A stretch of DNA of 64,000 nucleotides, from the NCBI GenBank assembly GCA_965197865.1, contig CBDANZ010000004.1, forward strand, positions 113,577 to 177,576, written 5' to 3'. This stretch comes from Vicinamibacterales bacterium (GTDB lineage: Bacteria > Acidobacteriota > Vicinamibacteria > Vicinamibacterales > CAVVIG01). The position numbers were made by a program, and so were the translations under genes. Below, piece after piece: positions 48,709 to 59,063 of this stretch. Position 1 is the first letter of the stretch. Every line of letters starts with the position of its first letter. A model generated the notes under the pieces. It was given only the letters and a program-made list of their open reading frames with translations, searched no databases and was not told where the DNA came from.

Positions 48709-49833
48709 CTAGGCGGAGGCCGGTAGCTGGTACGCGTAGTGGAACAGATCGATTGAGGGTACGGCGTTATCCTGCGCGACCTTCCAACGGATTCTTACCT
48801 GTCCCGGAGGGCCGACTGCGACCTGCCTTTTGATCACGTGGTTCCTGATCTGTTTGTCCACAAAGTTTCCCCGACGGGGAAGGGCGGGAGGCTGCTGCGC
48901 GGTGCAGTAGCCGTCTGAGGTTCTTGCTGAGACCCGGGCGCAATCAGTGTCCGTCGGAAGCCATCGCCCCCCATTGAACGGGGACAGCAGCGCGATCGGA
49001 TTCGGTTCCAGCATTCGGCTCCAGACGTCAGCATTATCTGCGTTGACCGAGCCGTGGTGAGGCACTTTGAAGATCTTGCCCTTGGTGGAGTTGGTGTGAT
49101 TTGCAACGACAGCTTTCCACCCAAATGCAGCGTTGGAATGGTTCTCCAAGTCCGCCCCAAGAAGAATGCTCTGGCCGCCCGCTTCGATCCACACAACCAC
49201 CGACGTGTGATTCGGCGACCGGGACGCAATCGCTGCGCCAGGCAGATCTCCAGGTTTCGGAATCAAGTTGGCGATCTCTTCGAGTCCAGCCTGTACGCTG
49301 GGATCTGAAGGACTCAACGCGACGATCTTTACAGGGAATGGACGCTCGGCTGTCCGAAGATCTAGCAGCACTCGGTCCGCGATCGCATACTGAGGCGTGT
49401 AGAGGTTAGGAGCGGCGCCCCCCTCGCGGCGCTTGTTCAATTCTCTGATCACTGCCGCGATTTCTCGCGGGCCTGACAACCCCAACAATGGATCCGAGGC
49501 CAAGCCAACCAGCGTCAAGAACTCCTCATGCCTAAAGGCCGTGGAGCACGCGAATCGTGCAGCGGGCGCCATCGCGAGGAGCTGTGAGAGACCTCTGATG
49601 TGATCGTCATGCCAGTGCGTGGCGAGAACAAGCTGAAGTCGGCTGGGGGTGTCTGGGTCGAGGCCGCTTAGGTAGTCGGCTGCGGCTGCCGTGGTGCTCC
49701 CCCTGGCGAAGCATGAGTCCACGACAGCCCATTCGTTGTTGCCGAGATGCAAGATGACCGACTCGCCACGGCCCGGGCCGATAATCGAAACTTCAAGCTC
49801 GTCAGCATCCGGCGGCCCGTGTATTGGACCCAT
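48709..49833 (-). CDS. metallo-beta-lactamase-fold hydrolase, ComEC-type MBL domain (predicted nuclease/hydrolase), 374 aa
   Basis: HxHxDH motif (ATHWHDDH) and a later KVPHHGS, as in ComEC/Rec2 MBL domains. The ATG overlaps the upstream stop (TAATG). Confidence 0.75.
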   Translation of the reverse strand: MGPIHGPPDADELEVSIIGPGRGESVILHLGNNEWAVVDSCFARGSTTAAAADYLSGLDPDTPSRLQLVLATHWHDDHIRGLSQLLAMAPAARFACSTAFRHEEFLTLVGLASDPLLGLSGPREIAAVIRELNKRREGGAAPNLYTPQYAIADRVLLDLRTAERPFPVKIVALSPSDPSVQAGLEEIANLIPKPGDLPGAAIASRSPNHTSVVVWIEAGGQSILLGADLENHSNAAFGWKAVVANHTNSTKGKIFKVPHHGSVNADNADVWSRMLEPNPIALLSPFNGGRWLPTDTDCARVSARTSDGYCTAQQPPALPRRGNFVDKQIRNHVIKRQVAVGPPGQVRIRWKVAQDNAVPSIDLFHYAYQLPASA

Positions 49834-50495
49834 TACCCTTCTGGATTAACCGTCTCTGACATTCGCTGGGCCCACTGGCGGCTGCGTTGATAGGCCGCGT
49901 TGGTAATTCTTGGTGAGCGTTTAAAGCGCAGCATTGACATATTGTGCTGCTGTCCAGACGGCGTTCTGCTTGTCCCGATGATCCAGTAAAAAGAAACCCC
50001 TGGTTGCATAAGTGGCCTGTCGATGGGGGACACCTCCTCAAGATCTATTTCCAAGTTCTCATCAGGGTTGCTCGGTTCGGTGAGGTCAGTAGCGACCGCA
50101 GTGAACGAGGTTTGGCTGACGGCAAGCACCGTTCCCTCCCACAACTGGGCCGTGTGTAGTGTTGGACTAGGCCCCCCGAATGGAGTTGCCTGTGGCAGGA
50201 CGGCCACACGCTCGACGAGGTCCTTTACTAGGTCGTCTGGCAGCGCTAGGGTGCCGGAAGATGCCTCCTGAGAGGCACCTAAATTGACCTCTTCGCGCAA
50301 CAGGAACGGAACAACAGCGTCTAAATCCTCGCTTTCCGTGGGCAGCGATTCATCAGGCTTCTTTTGAGAGAGCCCAATCGATGAGGAGGTTGGCGTCTCG
50401 TTCGGCTTGTTGTTGGGCATCTTCAAATCGGTCCATGAGTGTTGTGAGTAGTTGGGATAACCCCTCAGCTTCATTAGGGGCGTCGTAGTGTTCAT
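49833..50495 (-). CDS. hypothetical protein (start uncertain: 50495, 50474 or 50420)
   Basis: 220-codon ORF with an S/T/P/E-rich N-half and a structured-looking C-half (..VSFYWIIGTSRTPSGQQHNMSMLRFKR..). Overlaps the upstream gene by at least 68 nt. Confidence 0.5.
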   Translation of the reverse strand: MNTTTPLMKLRGYPNYSQHSWTDLKMPNNKPNETPTSSSIGLSQKKPDESLPTESEDLDAVVPFLLREEVNLGASQEASSGTLALPDDLVKDLVERVAVLPQATPFGGPSPTLHTAQLWEGTVLAVSQTSFTAVATDLTEPSNPDENLEIDLEEVSPIDRPLMQPGVSFYWIIGTSRTPSGQQHNMSMLRFKRSPRITNAAYQRSRQWAQRMSETVNPEG

Positions 50496-51192
50496 TCGTC
50501 TCGAAGTACACGCCGTACGGGCGGACCTTGGCAGACGGCTCGATCTTGAACCTGAATTTCACATCGGGCCGGTCCTTTCGATTGCCGATGATCACCAGTG
50601 ACAGCAGCCCTGGGCGCGTCTTGTCACTAGGTTCTCCTGCCTGCGGTTTCCCGTCCGGGTCGTCGAAAGCAAAGATCTTTTTCCAACCATCTTTCGGCGC
50701 GAGGCGGTCGCCAAGGAGATGCCATTCCTCCTCAGAGGCCAACTGAAAGTGCGTCGAGCGATTGATGCCGACGGCGCGGACGGGGGTGTGCTCCAGGATA
50801 TAGAAGGTGCCGATCACCAAGTCTCGCAGGAGGACCCCAGGTGTGCTTGGCTTTGCGAACGCGGCGAAGCGGTCAGTGGTGATCTGCATCGTGAAGTTCT
50901 CAGTCTCGAACTTAGTAACCTCCTTGTGCATGATCTCTATCTTTGTGTTGTCGGCGTCCGCTTCTTCCGGAGAGATCAGGTTTTGCCTCGCGAACCAGGA
51001 TGGGTGGAAAATCGACGGGTTAAAGGAGCCCAGCAGGACGATTGCGGCTCCAGCCAACTCGGGTTTACGCTGCGGCATCGCCCCAGAGTACATCAAGACT
51101 CTTGAGATTGGGCGGCGGCGCTGTTGGCAGGCCCTTGTCAAGGCCTGAATCTCGTGGGCTTGATTCGGTTCCGTAAACGGGTCACCCGCCAT
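50353..51192 (-). CDS. hypothetical protein (alternative starts at 51093 and 51078)
   Basis: 279-codon ORF: ..AAIVLLGSFNPSIFHPSWFARQNLISPEEA..HTPVRAVGINRSTHF.. No family I can name with confidence. Confidence 0.55.
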   Translation of the reverse strand: MAGDPFTEPNQAHEIQALTRACQQRRRPISRVLMYSGAMPQRKPELAGAAIVLLGSFNPSIFHPSWFARQNLISPEEADADNTKIEIMHKEVTKFETENFTMQITTDRFAAFAKPSTPGVLLRDLVIGTFYILEHTPVRAVGINRSTHFQLASEEEWHLLGDRLAPKDGWKKIFAFDDPDGKPQAGEPSDKTRPGLLSLVIIGNRKDRPDVKFRFKIEPSAKVRPYGVYFETNEHYDAPNEAEGLSQLLTTLMDRFEDAQQQAERDANLLIDWALSKEA

Positions 51193-51365
51193 ACGTGGCC
51201 ACGCCCGTGGCCATCCGAAAAGCCCTGAGCCTCCACAGAATTGTCTATTCTTGGTCCCAGCGGGTGGTCCGATGTTGTACTCCGGCCACTCCGCCTTTTT
51301 GGGTCGCTCAGGGTCATTTTTTCTCCGGGAAGGCGTAACACCTCAGTTGGAAAGATGGCCCATAA

Positions 51366-52158
51366 GGCTCTGTCACACCTGGCAACGCGGGCCGATAAGC
51401 CGTCCATGCAAACCACTCGATCCATCTACCGTGGATTCTGTTTTCCCCCAGAGGTCATCGCCCACGCTGTTTTCCTCTATCACCGATTTCCCCTCAGTCT
51501 GCGAGACGTCGAGGACCTACTTGCGCAGCGTGGGATCGCTGTAAGCTACGAAACAATTCGACGGTGGTGTCGCCGATTCGGGCCGCACCACGCCCGCAAC
51601 GTGAGGCGCCAGCGGCCGACCGCGGGCGACCACTGACTGCTGGACGAGGTCTTCTTGCAGATCCAGGGGCGACGTCAGTATCTGTGGCGCGCCATCGACC
51701 AAGACGGCGACATTCTCGATATCTTGATGCAACGACGGCGCAACGGTCGATCAGCCACACGGTTTGTTCGTAAGCTGCTCAAACAGCAACAACGGTCGCC
51801 GAATCGGTTTGTCACGGACAAGCTGGGCAGCTATCGCGTTGCGCATCGGGCGGAGATAGCAAGCGTCCCCCACGATACGATGCAGCACGCAAACAATCGA
51901 ATCGAAGCATCTCACCGCCGCACCCGAATCCGAGAGCGACAGATGCTGCGATTTCGGTCGGCCGGAAACGCACAACGGTTTCTCAGTGTTCAAACGTCCA
52001 TATTGAACTTGTTCAATTGGGGCCGCCATCAGCTACGCGCCTGGGAGTATCGCTGCTTTCGAGCCCGAGCGTTCGACGCGTGGTCGTTGGCAATTCATGG
52101 ATAAGCAGCAGGACACGTCTAGCAACATGCCGGTGCCTCTTCTAGATGTGACAGAACC
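51366..52158 (+). mobile_element. IS6-family IS, type C, transposase inactivated by an in-frame TGA
   Basis: IR-like ends GGCTCTGTCACACCT and AGATGTGACAGAACC. The frame 51406..52104 carries a TGA at 51634..51636 where the paralogue at 11514 has Trp (GDTWHLDEV versus GDH*LLDEV). Confidence 0.8.
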
Positions 52159-52268
52159 CTCAACACGAAGACACACGCGAAACCGGGAATCCCCCTCTTC
52201 TCCATCGAAGTGCCTCCCTGTCTAAGACGATCGACGCGTTTCTCAGTGTACCCGGCCGGCGCCGGGTT

Positions 52269-53402
52269 TCAGTTCTTCGGTGTGAGTTTGAGCAAGCGCC
52301 CGGCACTTTCGTCCTCGTCGTCCTCCAGGACCCAGATGGCGCCGTCCGGTCCCTCGACGATGCTGCGAATTCGCGCACCCATCTCGTAACGCCCGACCTC
52401 GCGGGCATCCACGCCGTCGAGCTCGACCCGCACGATCGCCTGGGACGAGAGCCCGGCCGCGACTGCATCGCCTCGCCAGTCGGAGAACAGATCGCCACGG
52501 TAAATCATCAGGTCACCCGGCGAAATGACGGGGTTCCACGAAATCGCCGGTTTCTCGAATTCCGGATGCGTGTCGTGGTCCGGTATCTCACGCCCGTCGT
52601 AGTGGTCGCCGGCGGAGACGAGCGGATAACCGTAATTCGCTGCACGCGTGATCAGGTTCAGCTCGTCGCCGCCGCTCGGCCCCATTTCGATGTCCCAGAG
52701 TTGACCCTCGAGATCGATGGCCAGCCCGAGCACATTGCGGTGGCCCAGCGACCAGATCTGCCCATAGATCCCGTCATCGTCGACCAGCGGGTCCACGTCG
52801 AAATAGTCGACGAAAGGATTGTCGGCCGGCACCGAACCATCGTCATGCAATCGCAGGACCTTGCCCAGATTCGTCTGCATGTCCTGGGCCGGTGTGAATT
52901 TCTGGCGGTCTCCGGACGAAATCCACAGGTACCCTTCGTCGTCGAACAACAGCCGGTGCCCGTAATGGCCGAAGCCGACGACCTTGGGATACTGGCGCCA
53001 GATGACTTCGACGTCGGACAGGTCTCCGCCGCCCTCGGTCTGGTTCAGAACCGCCCGGACGACGGCGGCGCCACGGGTATGGCCGCCCACACCAGATTCG
53101 GCGTAGCTCAGGTAGATCACGTTATTCTCGATGAAATCCGGATGCAGGGCGACGTCGCCCAGGCCACCCTGGCCGCCGTACGCGACGTCCGGCACGCCAT
53201 CGATGTCCGGGGACTTCTCACCGTTCTGGGTGACGATGAAGAGGGTGCCTTTCTGTTCCGTCACCAGCATGCGGCCGTCTGGCAGGAAGGCGAGGGCCCA
53301 TGGCTCGTCGAAGGAGGTAATCGACTCGACCGCGAATGGCAGGTCCGTTTGTGCTTGCGCGCCGACCGCCATCACGATGCTCGAGATGAGCAGCCCATTC
53401 AC
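52269..53402 (-). CDS. PQQ-dependent sugar (glucose/sorbosone) dehydrogenase, YliI-like, 377 aa
   Basis: Signal peptide, then WALAFLPDGRMLVTEQKG, GQGGLGDVALHPDF and GHRNVLGLAID. Confidence 0.8.
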   Translation of the reverse strand: MNGLLISSIVMAVGAQAQTDLPFAVESITSFDEPWALAFLPDGRMLVTEQKGTLFIVTQNGEKSPDIDGVPDVAYGGQGGLGDVALHPDFIENNVIYLSYAESGVGGHTRGAAVVRAVLNQTEGGGDLSDVEVIWRQYPKVVGFGHYGHRLLFDDEGYLWISSGDRQKFTPAQDMQTNLGKVLRLHDDGSVPADNPFVDYFDVDPLVDDDGIYGQIWSLGHRNVLGLAIDLEGQLWDIEMGPSGGDELNLITRAANYGYPLVSAGDHYDGREIPDHDTHPEFEKPAISWNPVISPGDLMIYRGDLFSDWRGDAVAAGLSSQAIVRVELDGVDAREVGRYEMGARIRSIVEGPDGAIWVLEDDEDESAGRLLKLTPKN

Positions 53403-54409
53403 TAAGAGTCATCTCGCCATGTCATAACCTCGCTCGGTACGTTCGGAGTCCATCCACGCTACGCTTGTGCATCATATTGTCTTCGCGCTCGTCGCGCGAC
53501 CGTCCGCTCGGCCCGCCACGCGTGGTAGACATCGCGTTGACTCCTGGCAGCTCTTCGAGCTGCTGCGTGAACCCCATGCCGGCCTACTACTCCGGCTGGC
53601 GCAAGAATGAGATCCTCGGCCTCACCTGGAACTGGGCGCCCGCTTGCGCGGCCTGCTTGAGGATCGGTACGATCTCGTGGTCGGCGCCTGTCAGGCGGCC
53701 GGGGTGCCGACCCGCTCACGCTCTATAAGGAGCAGTGGATCACGTTGCTGGCCATGACCGATGAAATTCGAGCGTTCCTTACGGAACATGACGCGGAGTT
53801 GAAAACGAAGTCCGGGGCATAGCCGGCGTGCCGACCCGCTTCCTCCACGATTGCCGCCGCACTGCCGCCCGATCCAGCGAGAGAATTGGGAATTCGAGAC
53901 GCACAGGTGGCGCCCCTGACTGCGCACGGGCCTACACGTCCTTGTCCCGATCGAGTCTGCATTCCTAGCCATCGTGATCTCCGAGACTCCGTGGTCGGTG
54001 CCTATCGACGTCGGTCGTCAACCACGTGAACAAGCCAGCCGGATTGTAGACACTCTTGATGCCGACCGGCACCGTGCAGGCGTTCGGAATCTGGCCACGC
54101 CAGCGCCTCACCATGAAAAGCCGTCGGCATGATGCGCCGCGCGCTCAATGTACGGTTACTCTGCAACAGTTCGTGTACGTCTTGCCGCTGCTACACGAAC
54201 AGGATTCGTGGCCGCCGACCGTCGCCCCACGCGCAAGATCGACATGCTCGCCGGCGTGCGCTGCATGCCCGGCGGCAACCGATCGACCCAGGCGCGCATA
54301 CTGGGCGACCGCCGCGGGCAACACCCGGTGGATCCCGGTTGCCGTCCTCGCGAAGGACTGACCGTCCGTGGCAGCCTCTCTATGGAACGCCTCCGCCATC
54401 TCGCTACCT

Positions 54410-54551
54410 CCAGGCCGCGCTCGCGGAGCAGATCTTCGACATCGCGGAACGAGAGCGAGTACCGAAGGTGCCAGCGCACGACGCAACAAATCAGCTCGGG
54501 ATCCGTCTGTCCCCACTTGAAGATCGCCGGTCGAATTGCCTGCTTCACCAT
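54410..54551 (-). pseudogene. IS6-family transposase N-terminal scrap
   Basis: MVKQAIRPAIFKWGQTDPELICCVVRWHLRYSLSFRDVEDLLRERGLEV matches the start of the type A transposases. Confidence 0.7.
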
Positions 54552-54694
54552 CTCTTCGGCACAGGCGACGCCGCGTGGCAGGCGGCCCCACCCAGCCGGC
54601 ACCGCTGTCCCGCCGACTCGTTCGGGTATGCCTGAGCCGAGATAGAGGAGCCGCCCGGCCAGCACCACCAGCAGCGCGGCGAAGGGGACCATCG

Positions 54695-56407
54695 TCATGG
54701 AGTGCGCGGTCGCTCGGCCGCGGGCGTGATCGCTCTGTCTCGCAGCTCTCGGCGGAGGATCTTCAGCGCACTGCTCTTCGGCAACTCGTCGAGGAACTCA
54801 ATCGATCGTGGAATCTTGTAGGCCGCAAGCTCGCGCCGGCAGTGCGCGATGAGATCGTCGGCGTTCGCAGCTCGCCCGGGGCGAAGGACGACGAAGGACT
54901 TGACCGTTTCGCCCCGCGCGGGATCCGGCACGCCAATGGTCGCCGACTCATGTACGTCCGGGTGCGCCATCAGTACCGCATCCACCTCGTCGGGATAGAT
55001 GTTGTAGCCGCCGGCAATGATCATGTCCTTCTTGCGGCCGACGATGAAGCAGTACCCGTCCTGGTCGACCGTCGCGACGTCACCCGTGTGGAGCCAGCCG
55101 TCGGTCAGGACGGCCGCCGACTCGTCGGGCGCGTTCCAGTATCCACGCATGACCTGGGGTCCTTTGATGAGCAGCTCTCCCTGCGTGCCCGGGGGTACTT
55201 CGGTCGCGGCGTCGTCGACGCCGACGACCTTTACGTCCGTGTTCGGAAACGGCACCCCGATGCTGCCGATCTTCCGCCGCCCGTTCAGTGGGTTGGCGTG
55301 GGTCACGGGCGACGTTTCGGTCAGGCCGTAGCCCTCCACGATCTTGCTGCTCGTCAGCCTCTCGAACCGCTCGAGCACGTCGGGCGGCAACGGCGCCGAC
55401 CCGGAAAAGCAGGACGCCACGCTCGTCAGGTCGAGCTTCTTCAGGCCGGGGGCATTGATGATCGCGTTGAACATGGCGGGGACGCCTGGAAACAGCGTGA
55501 CGCGATGTTTGGCGATGCTCAAGATCATGTGCCGGATGTCCCTCGGGTTGGGCATGAGCACGACGGCCGCGGCGGCATACACCGGGAAGTTCATCGCCAC
55601 CGTCAGGCCGAACACGTGAAAGAACGGGAGACACCCGAGCATGACCTCCTTGCCCGGTCGCGCGTCGACGAACCATGCCGCCACCTGCTGGACGTTGCAC
55701 GACAGGTTCCGATGCGTCAGGACCGCACCTTTCGCCACACCGGTCGTGCCGCCGGTGTACTGCAACGCAGCCGGCGCGGCCATGTCGATCCGCGCCTCAG
55801 GCGGACTGGCGGCCGCCGCTTTGATCAGCCGACGCATGAAATGGATGCCTGGGCCGTCCGCGACCGACGCCATCAGCGGCGGTTTCGCCCGCCGTAGCCG
55901 GAGCGGTGCGAGCAGGTTCAGCGGGAAGCGCAGGTAGTCGGGAATCGAGGCGATCACGTAGTGCTGGACGGAGAGCCGGGAACGGATGCCGGCGATCCGA
56001 CGGGCGAACAGAAAATCGGTCGTGATGGCCACCGAACAACCCGCGTCGTTCCACTGATGTTCGATCTCCCGCTCCACGTACAGCGGATTGGTCATGACCA
56101 CGATCGCCCCGAGCCTCAGCACCGCGTAGAACGCGATGACCGTTTGCGGCAGGTTCGGCAGCTGGATGGCTACCCGTGTCCCGGCGGTGACGCCGAAAGC
56201 GGACAGCGCGGTGGCGAACCGGTCCACATCGTCCTGCAACTGGCGGTACGTGAGCCGTCGGTTGAGGAAGATCAGCGCGGTGGCGTCTCCGTGCTCCCGG
56301 GCGCTGCGCTCGAGGAAGGCCGGCAGCGGCAGCGCCTCGAAATCGAGACCGGGCGGAACGCCCTGGTCGTAGAACTGATGCCAGACGCGTGGCTGCATTA
56401 GCGCCAA
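54695..56407 (-). CDS. long-chain acyl-CoA ligase (AMP-binding family), 570 aa
   Basis: LQYTGGTTGVAKGAVLTHRN, GYGLTETSP, TGDVATVDQDGYCFIVGRKKDMI. Confidence 0.85.
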   Translation of the reverse strand: MALMQPRVWHQFYDQGVPPGLDFEALPLPAFLERSAREHGDATALIFLNRRLTYRQLQDDVDRFATALSAFGVTAGTRVAIQLPNLPQTVIAFYAVLRLGAIVVMTNPLYVEREIEHQWNDAGCSVAITTDFLFARRIAGIRSRLSVQHYVIASIPDYLRFPLNLLAPLRLRRAKPPLMASVADGPGIHFMRRLIKAAAASPPEARIDMAAPAALQYTGGTTGVAKGAVLTHRNLSCNVQQVAAWFVDARPGKEVMLGCLPFFHVFGLTVAMNFPVYAAAAVVLMPNPRDIRHMILSIAKHRVTLFPGVPAMFNAIINAPGLKKLDLTSVASCFSGSAPLPPDVLERFERLTSSKIVEGYGLTETSPVTHANPLNGRRKIGSIGVPFPNTDVKVVGVDDAATEVPPGTQGELLIKGPQVMRGYWNAPDESAAVLTDGWLHTGDVATVDQDGYCFIVGRKKDMIIAGGYNIYPDEVDAVLMAHPDVHESATIGVPDPARGETVKSFVVLRPGRAANADDLIAHCRRELAAYKIPRSIEFLDELPKSSALKILRRELRDRAITPAAERPRTP

Positions 56408-56636
56408 TGGTAGAAGGTTCTGTCGGTGCGTGCCATGGTGGTCCCTACGGCGCGGGTGCCGCCTTGAGGACGGCCTCGATGTCGTCTGCGCGCGCCTCGG
56501 CCTCGGCTTCGCCGATGGCCATCAGCGCCTTCAGGTACTCCGGGTGCCGGGCCTGCGGTGCGGGCATCAGGGGGTGCAGGCGCGACGACCGAGCATGTTG
56601 GCCAGATGTGAGGGAGGAGCAGCCGGCCACCTCCGG

Positions 56637-57965
56637 GGGGGTGTCAGAAATTTTGTGTGTGAGCTATTGCCGTTAGTTAGTCCCCCAGCCTGAATCGATC
56701 GCCGAACTGAATCGCGAATTGTACCCTGGCCGCCGCCCAGGCGACCGGGGGATTCTTCCACTTCGCCGTGAGATGGCGCAAGGCCAGCCAGATGAGTTTC
56801 GTGGCGGCCTCGTCGCTCGGGAAATGCCCTTTGTTCCGGATGCTCTTGCGCACGCCGCTGTGCAGGCTCTCGATCGCGTTCGTCGTGTACACGATCTTCC
56901 GCACGGCCGCGGGGAAAGCGAAGAACGGAATGATCCGGTCCCAGTGGCGCTGCCAGCTCTGGACCACGGTCGGGAAACGCCGTCCCCACTCGCCGCCTTC
57001 GAATGCGCCCAGCGCCTGTTCGGCCGTCGCGGCATCGTCGGCCTGGTAGACCGGCTTCAGAGCCTGAACCAAGGGCTTGCGGTCCTTCCAGGCCGCCAGG
57101 CGGATCGAATTCCGGATCAGGTGCACGATGCAGGTCTGCACGATCGTGTCCGGGAACACGGCGGTGATCGCGTCGGGAAATCCCTGCAGCCCATCAACGA
57201 TGGCGAGCAGAATATCCTGCACTCCGCGGGCCTTGAGGTCGTTCATCACGCGCAGCCAGAACTTGGCGCCTTCGGTCTGCTCGATCCACAGGCCGAGGAT
57301 GTCCTTGTGCCCGGAACACCGCACGCCGATGGCCAGGTATACGGCCTTGTTGCGTACCAGGCCCTCGTCACGGATCTTGACCCGCAGCGCATCGAAGTAC
57401 ACGATCGCGTAGGTCGACTCCAGCGGCCGCGCCTGCCACGCTCGAACTTCGTCGATGACCGAATCCGTCACCACCGAAACGAGGTTCGGCGAAATCGCGA
57501 TGCCGTAGAGCTCGCCGACATGCGCCTGGATGTCGCGCGTGCTCATCCCCCGGGCATACAACGCGACGATCTTGTCGTCGAACCCCGGAAATCTTCGTTG
57601 ATACTTCCGGATCAGGGCGGGATCGAAGCGGCCGTGTCGGTCTCGGGGAATCGACAGCACCAGCTCGCCGTCGTCGCTGAGTACCGTCTTCCGGCTCGAG
57701 CCGTTTCGATGGTTGCCGCCGTCCTGCTCGGTCTCCCCACCGAGATGCACGTCCATCTCGGCGTTCAGCATCCGTTCGGCCAACGCCCTCTTCAGATCCC
57801 CTACCAGTCCGTCGGAGCGCAACACCGTCGCGGCGTCTTGCCCCTCCAGTAGTTCATCCAGCAGCTCGGCGCTAAACCTGGTCTCTTGCTTCTCCTTCGC
57901 CATACTCGCTCCTTCCCCTTTCGGGAGTCAGCATGGCTCACAAACACAAAATTACTGACAGGCTC
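56637..57965 (-). mobile_element. IS256-family IS, copy 4 (1329 bp), no target duplication
   Basis: Same ends as the other copies. The flanks ACCTCCGG (56629..56636) and AACTAGCC (57966..57973) do not match. Confidence 0.92.
56677..57903 (-). CDS. IS256-family transposase, 408 aa
   Basis: Protein identical to 23415..24641. Confidence 0.95.
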   Translation of the reverse strand: MAKEKQETRFSAELLDELLEGQDAATVLRSDGLVGDLKRALAERMLNAEMDVHLGGETEQDGGNHRNGSSRKTVLSDDGELVLSIPRDRHGRFDPALIRKYQRRFPGFDDKIVALYARGMSTRDIQAHVGELYGIAISPNLVSVVTDSVIDEVRAWQARPLESTYAIVYFDALRVKIRDEGLVRNKAVYLAIGVRCSGHKDILGLWIEQTEGAKFWLRVMNDLKARGVQDILLAIVDGLQGFPDAITAVFPDTIVQTCIVHLIRNSIRLAAWKDRKPLVQALKPVYQADDAATAEQALGAFEGGEWGRRFPTVVQSWQRHWDRIIPFFAFPAAVRKIVYTTNAIESLHSGVRKSIRNKGHFPSDEAATKLIWLALRHLTAKWKNPPVAWAAARVQFAIQFGDRFRLGD

Positions 57966-58090
57966 AACTAGCCCGACCCTGGGAGAGCTCAGCGACGCCT
58001 ACCTCCAGGACTACCAGGTCCGACAGTTCCGGTCCCAGAGCACCGCCCGCGGCCGGATCGCCCATCTCACCGCCTTCTTCGGCCGCTCCG
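57966..58090 (+). pseudogene. tyrosine recombinase N-terminal (SAM-like domain) scrap
   Basis: ..LGELSDAYLQDYQVRQFRSQSTARGRIAHLTAFFGR resembles the phage-integrase N-terminal domain. Begins at the IS256 boundary. Confidence 0.35.
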
Positions 58091-58248
58091 GCGGCCGCCG
58101 ACGAACCCGAAGCTCAACGCCTATCCCGAGTGGTTCGTGTGCTCAATTGCCCTTGCTGCGGCTTCGTACTGCGGACGGAGTGCCTCCCTCTGCTCGCGCA
58201 TAGCGAGCACGCTGTGGTCGTCGCCGCCGGGATAGACATCATCCCGCC

Positions 58249-58956
58249 TTAGCTCCTTTGGCTCTCATAGGTCTTCGCCCTTGGTGTTGCCCCGATTCGC
58301 CGTGCTGTTGCCTTCCACAGCGGTCCATGGCCAGCCCCGTGTCCCGCGATCGCGTGTGCGATCTCGTGCAGCACGGTGTCCCGGATCTGCTCCTCGCTTC
58401 CCTCCAGGGCATGGGTGCGGCTGATCCGGATCACGTGGTGTCGGAAATGACAGGCGCCAAGGCGTGTCCTGACCTCGCCGAACGCGAGCGTCCAGCCCGT
58501 GAGCCCATGCTCGTCCATCAACCGCCTCGCCATTCCCGCGACGCCGTTCAGTCTCTCCGCACTGTTCCTCGCGCTTTCCCTTCCCGCCCTGCGGAGCAAG
58601 TCATAGGAGACGTTCCAGCATGTCTTTCCGCAGCGTACCTGTGCGCTCTTCGGGTTGAGCTTCACGATCGAACCACGCCTTGGTCCGTCGGGACTTGTGA
58701 ACGTCACCTCGTCCCCCACGCGGTAGTCAGCGCGTGCTTTGTCGTGCTGCGTGATTATCGTGGCTCGTCGCGCTCCTCCCGAGTGCTGTAACGCTGACTC
58801 CGGGACGTTCCAGGTCCGCTCTTCGGTTTCGACTATCTTCGCGAAGCGGCGTCGGCCCTGCCTTTGGAGGAGATGTCCGTGGATTGTTTTTCCCTTGTGG
58901 GTGAATTGTACCGCAAACCCGATAGAGAGCGGGCGTTCCTCCGGCTGATTGATCAT
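58249..58956 (-). CDS. SprT-like zinc metalloprotease domain protein
   Basis: ..VIRISRTHALEGSEEQIRDTVLHEIAHAIAGHGAGHGPLW (HExxH). Likely start ATG 58956 within ORF 58249..59025. Confidence 0.7.
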   Translation of the reverse strand: MINQPEERPLSIGFAVQFTHKGKTIHGHLLQRQGRRRFAKIVETEERTWNVPESALQHSGGARRATIITQHDKARADYRVGDEVTFTSPDGPRRGSIVKLNPKSAQVRCGKTCWNVSYDLLRRAGRESARNSAERLNGVAGMARRLMDEHGLTGWTLAFGEVRTRLGACHFRHHVIRISRTHALEGSEEQIRDTVLHEIAHAIAGHGAGHGPLWKATARRIGATPRAKTYESQRS

Positions 58957-59063
58957 GCGAGCTTCTCCTCTGTCTTGGAGCTGATCAGTCCCCCCAGAAC
59001 CTCCATGCTGAAGCGGCGCGTCCAATCTCAGGAGGTCTCTCGGTCAACGCTGCAGGACTTGGC

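Noticed and set aside
53459-54150. Possible tyrosine-recombinase gene (..YYSGWRKNEILGLTWN..) and other ORFs between the dehydrogenase and the IS6 scrap.
   Set aside because: Only a ~20-residue integrase-like patch is present, in a broken frame. No catalytic R..HxxR..Y box could be followed, so it is treated as debris.
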